Origin: Rebecca billardiae RCC1528
Lineage: Eukaryota; Protista; Haptophyta
Length of the DNA stretch: 64,000 bases
Reading direction: 5' to 3'
Assembly: GCA_965240325.2 (NCBI GenBank)
Contig: OZ251235.1
Coordinates: 1,426,001-1,490,000 of the forward strand
This document shows, piece after piece, positions 1-11,100 of the stretch. The notes beneath the pieces are model-generated. The model was not told the DNA's origin. It ran no database searches and was given only the letters and a program-made list of their open reading frames with translations. A program made the position numbers and the translations under genes. The first letter of the stretch is position 1. The number at the start of each line of letters is the position of its first letter.

Positions 1-1094
1 GCGGCTCAGAGTCAGAGTACTCAGGCTCACATCACTCGGTCATCACTCGGCCTCACGCCGTCACGACAGCGTGACTAACTCGCCGACTCGGCGCTGCAGA
101 CCGGGCGCACGAGCAGTCTACTCACAGTCTGACAGTCCGCCCCGTATATTGACGACGAACGGTCGATGAAAACTTGCTACCAGGGGCAGTCTGAACCGTC
201 AGCCATGAGTCATGGCGTCGACGCCGGGCCCCGCCCGGTGACGCCCCCCGGCGAGGCTTCAGCCTTCAGGCTTGGCAGGCAGCGACGCACGGCGTCGTGA
301 GTCTCGTCAGTCACGGTGCGAACCGAACGAACCGCGAACGGCGCCGCCGCCGCGGCCGCGCCCGCGGCCGCGGCCGCGGCCGCGGGCGCGGGCCGACGTC
401 GTGACCGTACTGACCGGCGTGCGGGCACTCATGGTCGCTCGCTCGGCGAAGCTTGGAGTGACTGTGACTGACTGCCGAGTGACGCCTTGCGATGCCGCAG
501 CCTCTCCGCCGAGATTCTCGCCGAGAGAGTCTGGCCGCTCTAGATATCGTTGTGATGAATTATATTATTTGCATTTTTCGCGAGGACACTGACACTCTGA
601 TGACTGAGTCTGATCACTGAGACAGAATCACTGATGACGGCAGCACGTCGGGGCTGACCACGAGTGACGGCTCCGACTGGCAGCGCTTACGCAGGAGCTC
701 CGGGTATGCCAATGGCAGCTGCTGCAGTTGCGAGTCGTAGTTGCTCTTCTCACCCCCTCCCGCCCGCCCACACCCCCGCGGTGGGCTGCTAGTGCCGTGT
801 TCGGTGCGCGGCACGGCCGGGCCCGGGCCGCCCTGCCGGCTGCGGGCAGCAGCTGCAGCGCGCGCTGCGGCGGCGGGGGCCGCAGCAGGGGGGTTCGCAG
901 GAGTACTAGCTCGATATGCAGTGGAAACGGCGTGACTCTACAAGTCACAACTCGATCCTCCGCGACGGCGGCGGCAGCTGCCACTGCCGGCACTGGCTAG
1001 TCGCTGGGGCATTCGGCGCTGGCGCGCTGCCGCACATGAATACACATGTCGCTGGCTTGCCAGAGCTTGCAGACCCGACCGCCCTTTCTACCAG

Positions 1095-2131
1095 ACTCAT
1101 TCTATGATTTAACGACACAGGTAGGACGGCGCAGGTCTCCTGATTCGTCGTCGGCAGTGCCCGATCGTCGACACGAAGTCGGCGTTGGTGGCAGAGCATA
1201 GCCTGCACCGCGATCGATTCGATCGAATGGCTTGAGCGCGGCCTTGAGCTGCTGGAGCGCGATCCACCTGCGCTGCGCGGCTCGCATGGACCTGCTGTGC
1301 CCCGAGCGAGGGCGAGGGTGCAGGTCCGGATGTCAGACGGCCGTCTCAGCCGCTGGGCCCTAGCGGGTGATCCGGCGGTGATGTAGTCGTCCCCGTGTGC
1401 CCTGCGCGGCCGCGTCCACGCTTGCCGCTCTGCTCAGCTGGCTTGCTGGCGGCGGCTGGCGCTGCTGCGGCGTGCAGGGTACGCTTTGCCCCCGACTGCT
1501 GCGCATCCTCGTCGTCCGAGTCGTCGTCCATGGACGAGTCTCGGTCCGCGTGGGGGACAGCAGCTGGAGCAGGCGCAGGTGCTGCGGGCAGAAAGGCTGC
1601 CAGCCGTGCCGCCTTGCGCTCCTGGCGTTTCTCGACGGCGCGCCGCGACGAGGTGCGGCGGCTCGATGGAGATCGAATCCGCCTGCCCTGCGCGTCACGC
1701 CGAGGCCCGCGCTTCCCGCGCCGAGGCTTCTTCTTCCGCTTCTGAGAGTGCTGCTGCTCGCCGTTTGCAGCCTGCACTCCAGTACCCGAGCCCTGCGCGG
1801 CGAGCAGGCACGCCGGCGGTGCCGACTTGCACACTCGGCGCGGGGCGGGATGCAGGGGAGCTTTAGAAGGCGCGCCACCACCTCCCTCGCGCCGCTGGCT
1901 GCCACCAGCGGGGGTTCCCTGTGGAGAAGCATCAGGCCCTTGCGCATCAGGCGGACGCACAGACACCGTCAGACGGACACTCCCATCTGGCAGGAGGGAG
2001 ATATGCACCGCGCGCGGGAGGCCGTCGGCGGCGGTGAGCCTGTCTGCGTCTCGCCAAAGGCGGACGTAGAGGCGCACCCAACGATCCGACAGCCCCTCGG
2101 GCAGCAGCGCAGTCACGTCGAGGTCGTCCAT
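1095..2131 (-). mobile_element. Dispersed element family A, copy 1 (ORF plus conserved ~250-bp 3' segment)
   Basis: 1095-~1995 aligns with 38834-~39715. 1095-1345 also aligns with 46112-46345, and the terminus ACTCATTCTATGATTTAACGACACAGGTAGGAC recurs at 46556-46588. Confidence 0.8.
1346..2131 (-). CDS. 261-aa basic, disordered protein with NLS-like KRKKKPRRGKR and an acidic patch; element-borne, function unknown
   Basis: ATG at 2131 (MDDLDVTALLPEG...) to stop at 1346. A homologous diverged ORF in copy 2 keeps QQHSQKRKKKPRRGKRG.RRDA.GRRIRSPSSRR. Confidence 0.55.
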   Translation of the reverse strand: MDDLDVTALLPEGLSDRWVRLYVRLWRDADRLTAADGLPRAVHISLLPDGSVRLTVSVRPPDAQGPDASPQGTPAGGSQRREGGGGAPSKAPLHPAPRRVCKSAPPACLLAAQGSGTGVQAANGEQQHSQKRKKKPRRGKRGPRRDAQGRRIRSPSSRRTSSRRAVEKRQERKAARLAAFLPAAPAPAPAAVPHADRDSSMDDDSDDEDAQQSGAKRTLHAAAAPAAASKPAEQSGKRGRGRAGHTGTTTSPPDHPLGPSG

Positions 2132-2171
2132 GCGAGCGTCGCCATGTACACGTGGAAACTGCCTACCGAGG

Positions 2172-5100
2172 ACGTTGCGCCCAGCAAGCACGTCCCAGCA
2201 GCGGCAGCCATTCCGTCGCCGCGCGGCGGCCATTCCGTCACCTCGCGGCGGCCATTCCGTCACCGGCCTGCAGCCACTGCTCGGCGCGCATCTCGGAGCG
2301 CGCGGCGAGGACGCCGGCGGAGACACAGCCACGCTCGGCAAAGTCGAGCCCCGATGCCGCGAGCGGCTGCGCCGCCGTGCGCGCGTCTTCGCCTGCACGC
2401 CGCGCCCAACAGCTCGTCCCAGCAGCGGCAGCCATTCCGTCGCCGCGCGGCGGCCATTCCGTCACCTCGCGGCGGCCATTCCGTCACCGGCCTGCAGCCA
2501 CTGCTCGGCGCGCATCTCGGAGCGCGCGGCGAGGACGCCGGCGGAGACACAGCCACGCTCGGCAAAGTCGGGCACCGATGCCGCGAGCGGCTGCGCCGCC
2601 GTGCGCGCGTCTCCGCCTGCACGCCGCGCCCAACAGCTCGTCCCAGCAGCGGCAGCCATTCCGTCGCCGCGCGGCGGCCATTCCGTCACCTCGCGGCGGC
2701 CATTCCGTCACCGGCCTGCAGCCACTGCTCGGCGCGCATCTCGGAGCGCGCGGCGAGGACGCCGGCGGAGACACAGCCACGCTCGGCAGCGTCGAGCACC
2801 GATGCCGCGAGCGGCTGCGCCGCCGTGCGCGCGTCTCCGCCTGCACGCCGCGCCCAACAGCTCGTCCCAGCAGCGGCAGCCATTCCGTCGCCGCGCGGCG
2901 GCCATTCCGTCACCTCGCGGCGGCCATTCCGTCACCGGCCTGCAGCCACTGCTCGGCGCGCATCTCGGAGCGCGCGGCGAGGACGCCGGCGGAGACACAG
3001 CCACGCTCGGCAGCGTCGGGCACCGATGCCGCGAGCGGCTGCGCCGCCGTGCGCGCGTCTCCGCCCGCACGCCGCGCCCAGCAAGCTCGTCCGAGCAGCG
3101 GCAGCCATTCCGTCGCCGCGCGGCGGCCATTCCGTCACCTCGCGGCGGCCATTCCGTCACCGGCCTGCAGCCACTGCTCGGCGCGCATCTCGGAGCGCGC
3201 GGCGAGGACGCCGGCGGAGACACAGCCACGCTCGGCAACGTCGAGCACCGATGCCGCGAGCGGCTGCGCCGCCGTGCGCGCGTCTCCGCCTGCACGCCGC
3301 GCCCAACAGCTCGTCCCAGCAGCGGCAGCCATTCCGTCGCCGCGCGGCGGCCATTCCGTCACCTCGCGGCGGCCATTCCGTCACCGGCCTGCAGCCACTG
3401 CTCGGCGCGCATCTCGGAGCGCGCGGCGAGGACGCCGGCGGAGACACAGCCACGCTCGGCAGCGTCGGGCACCGATGCCGCGAGCGGCTGCGCCGCCGTG
3501 CGCGCGTCTCCGCCCGCACGTTGCGCCCAGCAAGCTCGTCCGAGCAGCGGCAGCCATTCCGTCGCCGCGCGGCGGCCATTCCGTCACCTCGCGGCGGCCA
3601 CTCCGTCACCGGCCTGCAGCCACTGCTCGGCGCGCATCTCGGAGCGCGCGGCGAGGACGCCGGCGGAGACACAGCCACGCTCGGCAAAGTCGAGCCCCGA
3701 TGCCGCGAGCGGCTGCGCCGCCGTGCGCGCGTCTCCGCCTGCACGCCGCGCCCAACAGCTCGTCCCAGCAGCGGCAGCCATTCCGTCGCCGCGCGGCGGC
3801 CATTCCGTCACCTCGCGGCGGCCACTCCGTCACCGGCCTGCAGCCACTGCTCGGCGCGCATCTCGGAGCGCGCGGCGAGGACGCCGGCGGAGACACAGCC
3901 ACGCTCGGCAGCGTCGGGCACCGATGCCGCGAGCGGCTGCGCCGCCGTGCGCGCGTCTCCGCCCGCACGCTGCGCCCAGCAAGCTCGTCCGAGCAGCGGC
4001 AGCCATTCCGTCGCCGCGCGGCGGCCATTCCGTCACCTGGCGGCGGCCATTCCGTCACCGGCCTGCAGCCACTGCTCGGCGCGCATCTCGGAGCGCGCGG
4101 CGAGGACGCCGGCGGAGACACAGCCACGCTCGGCAAAGTCGAGCCCCGATGCCGCGAGCGGCTGCGCCGCCGTGCGCGCGTCTCCGCCCGCACGTTGCGC
4201 CCAGCAAGCTCGTCCCAGCAGCGGCAGCCATTCCGTCGCCGCGCGGCGGCCATTCCGTCACCTCGCGGCAGCCATTCCGTCACCGGCCTGCAGCCACTGC
4301 TCGGCGCGCATCTCGGAGCGCGCGGCGAGGACGCCGGCGGAGACACAGCCACGCTCGGCAAAGTCAAGCGCCGATGCCGCGAGCGCCTGCGCCGCCGTGC
4401 GCGCGTCTCCGCCCGCACGTTGCGCCCAGCAAGCTCGTCCCAGCAGCGGCAGCCATTCCGTCGCCGCGCGGCGGCCATTCCGTCACCTCGCGGCAGCCAT
4501 TCCGTCACCGGCCTGCAGCCACTGCTCGGCGCGCATCTCGGAGCGCGCGGCGAGGACGCCGGCGGAGACACAGCCACGCTCGGCAACGTCGAGCACCGAT
4601 GCCGCCAGCGGCTGCGCCGCCGTGCGCGCGTCTCCGCCCGCACGCCGCGCCCAACAGCTCGTCCCAGCAGCGGCAGCCATTCCGTCGCCGCGCGGCGGCC
4701 ATTCCGTCACCTCGCGGCGGCCATTCCGTCACCGGCCTGCAGCCACTGCTCGGCGCGCATCTCGGAGCGCGCGGCGAGGACGCCGGCGGAGACACAGCCA
4801 CGCTCGGCAAAGTCAAGCGCCGATACCGCGAGCGCCTGCGCCGCCGTGCGCGCGTCTCCGCCCGCACGCCGCGCCCAGCAAGCTCGTCCCAGCAGCGGCA
4901 GCCATTCCGTCGCCGCGCGGCGGCCATTCCGTCACCTCGCGGCGGCCATTCCGTCACCGGCCTGCAGCCACTGCTCGGCGCGCATCTCGGAGCGCGCGGC
5001 GAGGACGCCGGCGGAGACACAGCCACGCTCGGAAAAGTCGAGCACCGATGCCGCCAGCGGCTGCGCCGCCGTGCGCGCGTCTCCGCCTGCACGCCGCGCC

Positions 5101-8100
5101 CAACAGCTCGTCCCAGCAGCGGCAGCCATTCCGTCGCCGCGCGGCGGCCATTCCGTCACCTCGCGGCGGCCATTCCGTCACCGGCCTGCAGCCACTGCTC
5201 GGCGCGCATCTCGGAGCGCGCGGCGAGGACGCCGGCGGAGACACAGCCACGCTCGGCAACGTCGAGCACCGATGCCGCCAGCGCCTGCGCCGCCGTGCGC
5301 GCGTCTCCGCCCGCACGCCGCGCCCAACAGCTCGTCCCAGCAGCGGCAGCCATTCCGTCGCCGCGCGGCGGCCATTCCGTCACCTCGCGGCGGCCATTCC
5401 GTCACCGGCCTGCAGCCACTGCTCGGCGCGCATCTCGGAGCGCGCGGCGAGGACGCCGGCGGAGACACAGCCACGCTCGGCAAAGTCAAGCGCCGATGCC
5501 GCCAGCGCCTGCGCCGCCGTGCGCGCGTCTCCGCCCGCACGCCGCGCCCAGCAAGCTCGTCCCAGCAGCGGCAGCCATTCCGTCGCCGCGCGGCGGCCAT
5601 TCCGTCACCTCGCGGCGGCCATTCCGTCACCGGCCTGCAGCCACTGCTCGGCGCGCATCTCGGAGCGCGCGGCGAGGACGCCGGCGGAGACACAGCCACG
5701 CTCGGCAACGTCGAGCACCGATGCCGCCAGCGGCTGCGCCGCCGTGCGCGCGTCTCCGCCCGCACGCCGCGCCCAACAGCTCGTCCCAGCAGCGGCAGCC
5801 ATTCCGTCGCCGCGCGGCGGCCATTCCGTCACCTCGCGGCGGCCATTCCGTCACCGGCCTGCAGCCACTGCTCGGCGCGCATCTCCGAGCGCGCGGCGAG
5901 GACGCCGGCGGAGACACAGCCACGCTCGGCAAAGTCAAGCGCCGATGCCGCGAGCGCCTGCGCCGCCGTGCGCGCGTCTCCGCCCGCACGCCGCGCCCAG
6001 CAAGCTCGTCCCAGCAGCGGCAGCCATTCCGTCGCCGCGCGGCGGCCATTCCGTCACCTCGCGGCGGCCATTCCGTCACCGGCCTGCAGCCACTGCTCGG
6101 CGCGCATCTCGGAGCGCGCGGCGAGGACGCCGGCGGAGACACAGCCACGCTCGGCAAAGTCGAGCACCGATGCCGCGAGCGGCTGCGCCGCCGTGCGCGC
6201 GTCTCCGCCTGCACGCCGCGCCCAACAGCTCGTCCCAGCAGCGGCAGCCATTCCGTCGCCGCGCGGCGGCCATTCCGTCACCTCGCGGCGGCCATTCCGT
6301 CACCGGCCTGCAGCCACTGCTCGGCGCGCATCTCGGAGCGCGCGGCGAGGACGCCGGCGGAGACACAGCCACGCTCGTCAAAGTCGAGCGCCGATGCCGC
6401 GAGCGGCTGCGCCGCCGTGCGCGCGTCTCCGCCCGCACGTTGCGCCCAGCAAGCTCGTCCCAGCAGCGGCAGCCATTCCGTCGCCGCGCGGCGGCCATTC
6501 CGTCACCTCGCGGCGGCCATTCCGTCACCGGCCTGCAGCCACTGCTCGGCGCGCATCTCGGAGCGCGCGGCGAGGACGCCGGCGGAGACACAGCCACGCT
6601 TGGCAAGGTCGAGCCCCGATGCCGCCAGCGCCTGCGCCGCCGTGCGCGCGTCTCCGCCCGCACGCTGCGCCCAACAGCTCGTCCCAGCAGCGGCAGCCAT
6701 TCCGTCGCCGCGCGGCGGCCATTCCGTCACCTCGCGGCGGCCATTCCGTCACCGGCCTGCAGCCACTGCTCGGCGCGCATCTCGGAGCGCGCGGCGAGGA
6801 CGCCGGCGGAGACACAGCCACGCTCGGCAGCGTCGAGCGCCGATGCCGCGAGTGGCTGCGCCGCCGTGCGCGCGTCTCCGCCCGCACGCCGCGCCCAGCA
6901 AGCTCGTCCCAGCAGCGGCAGCCATTCCGTCGTGGCGCGGCGGCCATTCCGTCACCTCGCGGCGGCCATTCCGTCACCGGCCTGCAGCCACTGCTCGGCG
7001 CGCATCTCGGAGCGCGCGGCGAGGACGCCGGCGGAGACACAGCCACGCTCGGCAGCGTCGAGCGCCGATGCCGCGAGTGGCTGCGCCGCCGTGCGCGCGT
7101 CTCCGCCCGCACGCCGCGCCCAGCAAGCTCGTCCGAGCAGCGGCAGCCATTCCGTCGCCGCGCGGCGGCCATTCCGTCACCTCGCGGCGGCCATTCCGTC
7201 ACCGGCCTGCAGCCACTGCTCGGCGCGCATCTCGGAGCGCGCGGCGAGGACGCCGGCGGAGACACAGCCACGCTCGGCAAAGTCGAGCACCGAAGCCGCC
7301 AGCGGCTGCGCCGCCGTTCGCGCGTCTACGCCTGCACGCCGCGCCCAACAGCTCGTCCCAGCAGCGGCAGCCATTCCGTCGCCGCGCGGCGGCCATTCCG
7401 TCACCTCGCGGCGGCCATTCCGTCACCGGCCTGCAGCCACTGCTCGGCGCGCATCTCGGAGCGCGCGGCGAGGACGCCGGCGGAGACACAGCCACGCTCG
7501 GCAAAGTCGAGCACGATGCCGCGAGCGCCTGCGCCGCCGTGCGCGCGTCTCCGCCCGCACGCTGCGCCCAGCAAGCTCGTCCGAGCAGCGGCAGCCATTC
7601 CGTCGCCGCGCGGCGGCCATTCCGTCACCTCGCGGCGGCCATTCCGTCACCGGCCTGCAGCCACTGCTCGGCGCGCATCTCGGAGCGCGCGGCGAGGACG
7701 CCGGCGGAGACACAGCCACGCTCGGCAACGTCGAGCCCCGATGCCGCGAGCGGCTGCGCCGCCGTGCGCGCGTCTCCGCCCGCACGCCGCGCCCAACAGC
7801 TCGTCCCAGCAGCGGCAGCCATTCCGTCGCCGCGCGGCGGCCATTCCGTCACCTCGCGGCGGCCATTCCGTCACCGGCCTGCAGCCACTGCTCGGCGCGC
7901 ATCCCGGAGCGCGCGGCGAGGACGCCGGCGGAGACACAGCCACGCTCGGCAAAGTCGAGCCCCGATGCCGCGAGCGGCTGCGCCGCCGTGCGCGCGTCTC
8001 CGCCTGCACGCCGCGCCCAACAGCTCGTCCCAGCAGCGGCAGCCATTCCGTCGCCGCGCGGCGGCCATTCCGTCACCTCGCGGCGGCCATTCCGTCACCG

Positions 8101-11100
8101 GCCTGCAGCCACTGCCCGGCGCGCATCTCCGAGCGCGCGGCGAGGACGCCGGCGGAGACACAGCCACGCTCGGCAACGTCGAGCGCCGATGCCGCGAGTG
8201 GCTGCGCCGCCGTGCGCGCGTCTCCGCCCGCACGCCGCGCCCAGCAAGCTCGTCCCAGCAGCGGCAGCCATTCCGTCGTGGCGCGGCGGCCATTCCGTCA
8301 CCTCGCGGCGGCCATTCCGTCACCGGCCTGCAGCCACTGCTCGGCGCGCATCTCGGAGCGCGCGGCGAGGACGCCGGCGGAGACACAGCCACGCTCGACA
8401 GCGTCGAGCGCCGATGCCGCGAGCGGCTGCGCCGCCGTGCGCGCGTCTCCGCCCGCACGCCGCGCCCAGCAAGCTCGTCCCAGCAGCGGCAGCCATTCCG
8501 TCGCCGCGCGGCGGCCATTCCGTCACCTCGCGGCGGCCATTCCGTCACCGGCCTGCAGCCACTGCTCGGCGCGCATCTCGGAGCGCGCGGCGAGGACGCC
8601 GGCGGAGACACAGCCACGCTCGGCAAAGTCGAACACGATGCCGCGAGCGCCTGCGCCGCCGTGCGCGCGTCTCCGCCCGCACGCTGCGCCCAGCAAGCTC
8701 GTCCGAGCAGCGGCAGCCATTCCGTCGCCGCGCGGCGGCCATTCCGTCACCTCGCGGCGGCCATTCCGTCACCGGCCTGCAGCCACTGCTCGGCGCGCAT
8801 CTCGGAGCGCGCGGCGAGGACGCCGGCGGAGACACAGCCACGCTCGGCAACGTCGAGCCCCGATGCCGCGAGCGGCTGCGCCGCCGTGCGCGCGTCTCCG
8901 CCCGCACGCCGCGCCCAACAGCTCGTCCCAGCAGCGGCAGCCATTCCGTCGCCGCGCGGCGGCCATTCCGTCACCTCGCGGCGGCCATTCCGTCACCGGC
9001 CTGCAGCCACTGCTCGGCGCGCATCCCGGAGCGCGCGGCGAGGACGCCGGCGGAGACACAGCCACGCTCGGCAAAGTCGAGCCCCGATGCCGCGAGCGGC
9101 TGCGCCGCCGTGCGCGCGTCTCCGCCTGCACGCCGCGCCCAACAGCTCGTCCCAGCAGCGGCAGCCATTCCGTCGCCGCGCGGCGGCCATTCCGTCACCT
9201 CGCGGCGGCCATTCCGTCACCGGCCTGCAGCCACTGCCCGGCGCGCATCTCGGAGCGCGCGGCGAGGACGCCGGCGGAGACACAGCCACGCTCGGCAACG
9301 TCGAGCGCCGATGCCGCGAGTGGCTGCGCCGCCGTGCGCGCGTCTCCGCCCGCACGCCGCGCCCAGCAAGCTCGTCCCAGCAGCGGCAGCCATTCCGTCG
9401 TGGCGCGGCGGCCATTCCGTCACCTCGCGGCGGCCATTCCGTCACCGGCCTGCAGCCACTGCTCGGCGCGCATCTCGGAGCGCGCGGCGAGGACGCCGGC
9501 GGAGACACAGCCACGCTCGACAGCGTCGAGCGCCGATGCCGCGAGCGGCTGCGCCGCCGTGCGCGCGTCTCCGCCCGCACGCCGCGCCCAGCAAGCTCGT
9601 CCCAGCAGCGGCAGCCATTCCGTCGCCGCGCGGCGGCCATTCCGTCACCTCGCGGCGGCCATTCCGTCACCGGCCTGCAGCCACTGCTCGGCGCGCATCT
9701 CGGAGCGCGCGGCGAGGACGCCGGCGGAGACACAGCCACGCTCGGCAAAGTCGAACACGATGCCGCGAGCGCCTGCGCCGCCGTGCGCGCGTCTCCGCCC
9801 GCACGCTGCGCCCAGCAAGCTCGTCCGAGCAGCGGCAGCCATTCCGTCGCCGCGCGGCGGCCATTCCGTCACCTCGCGGCGGCCATTCCGTCACCGGCCT
9901 GCAGCCACTGCTCGGCGCGCATCTCGGAGCGCGCGGCGAGGACGCCGGCGGAGACACAGCCACGCTCGGCAAAGTCGAGCACCGATGCCGCGAGCGCCTG
10001 CGCCGCCGTGCGCGCGTCTCCGCCTGCACGCCGCGCCCAACAGCTCGTCCCAGCAGCGGCAGCCATTCCGTCGCCGCGCGGCGGCCATTCCGTCACCTCG
10101 CGGCGGCCATTCCGTCACCGGCCTGCAGCCACTGCTCGGCGCGCATCTCGGAGCGCGCGGCGAGGACGCCGGCGGAGACACAGCCACGCTCGGCAAAGTC
10201 GAGCACCGATGCCGCGAGCGCCTGCGCCGCCGTGCGCGCATCTCCGCCCGCACGCCGCGCCCAGCAAGCTCGTCCCAGCAGCGGCAGCCATTCCGTCGCC
10301 GCGCGGCGGCCATTCCGTCACCTCGCGGCGGCCATTCCGTCACCGGCCTGCAGCCACTGCTCGGCGCGCATCCCGGAGCGCGCGGCGAGGACGCCGGCGG
10401 AGACACAGCCACGCTCGGCAAAGTCGAGCCCCGATGCCGCGAGCGGCTGCGCCGCCGTGCGCGCGTCTCCGCCTGCACGCCGCGCCCAACAGCTCGTCCC
10501 AGCAGCGGCAGCCATTCCGTCGCCGCGCGGCGGCCATTCCGTCACCTCGCGGCGGCCATTCCGTCACCGGCCTGCAGCCACTGCCCGGCGCGCATCTCGG
10601 AGCGCGCGGCGAGGACGCCGGCGGAGACACAGCCACGCTCGGCAACGTCGAGCGCCGATGCCGCGAGTGGCTGCGCCGCCGTGCGCGCGTCTCCGCCCGC
10701 ACGCCGCGCCCAGCAAGCTCGTCCCAGCAGCGGCAGCCATTCCGTCGTGGCGCGGCGGCCATTCCGTCACCTCGCGGCGGCCATTCCGTCACCGGCCTGC
10801 AGCCACTGCTCGGCGCGCATCTCGGAGCGCGCGGCGAGGACGCCGGCGGAGACACAGCCACGCTCGACAGCGTCGAGCGCCGATGCCGCGAGCGGCTGCG
10901 CCGCCGTGCGCGCGTCTCCGCCCGCACGCCGCGCCCAGCAAGCTCGTCCCAGCAGCGGCAGCCATTCCGTCGCCGCGCGGCGGCCATTCCGTCACCTCGC
11001 GGCGGCCATTCCGTCACCGGCCTGCAGCCACTGCTCGGCGCGCATCTCGGAGCGCGCGGCGAGGACGCCGGCGGAGACACAGCCACGCTCGGCAAAGTCG

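Noticed and set aside
1-1090. Short ORFs at the window start, and the long antisense/shadow ORFs over real genes elsewhere in the window
   Set aside because: Low-complexity Arg/Ala/Pro translations are expected at this GC content; no domain evidence.
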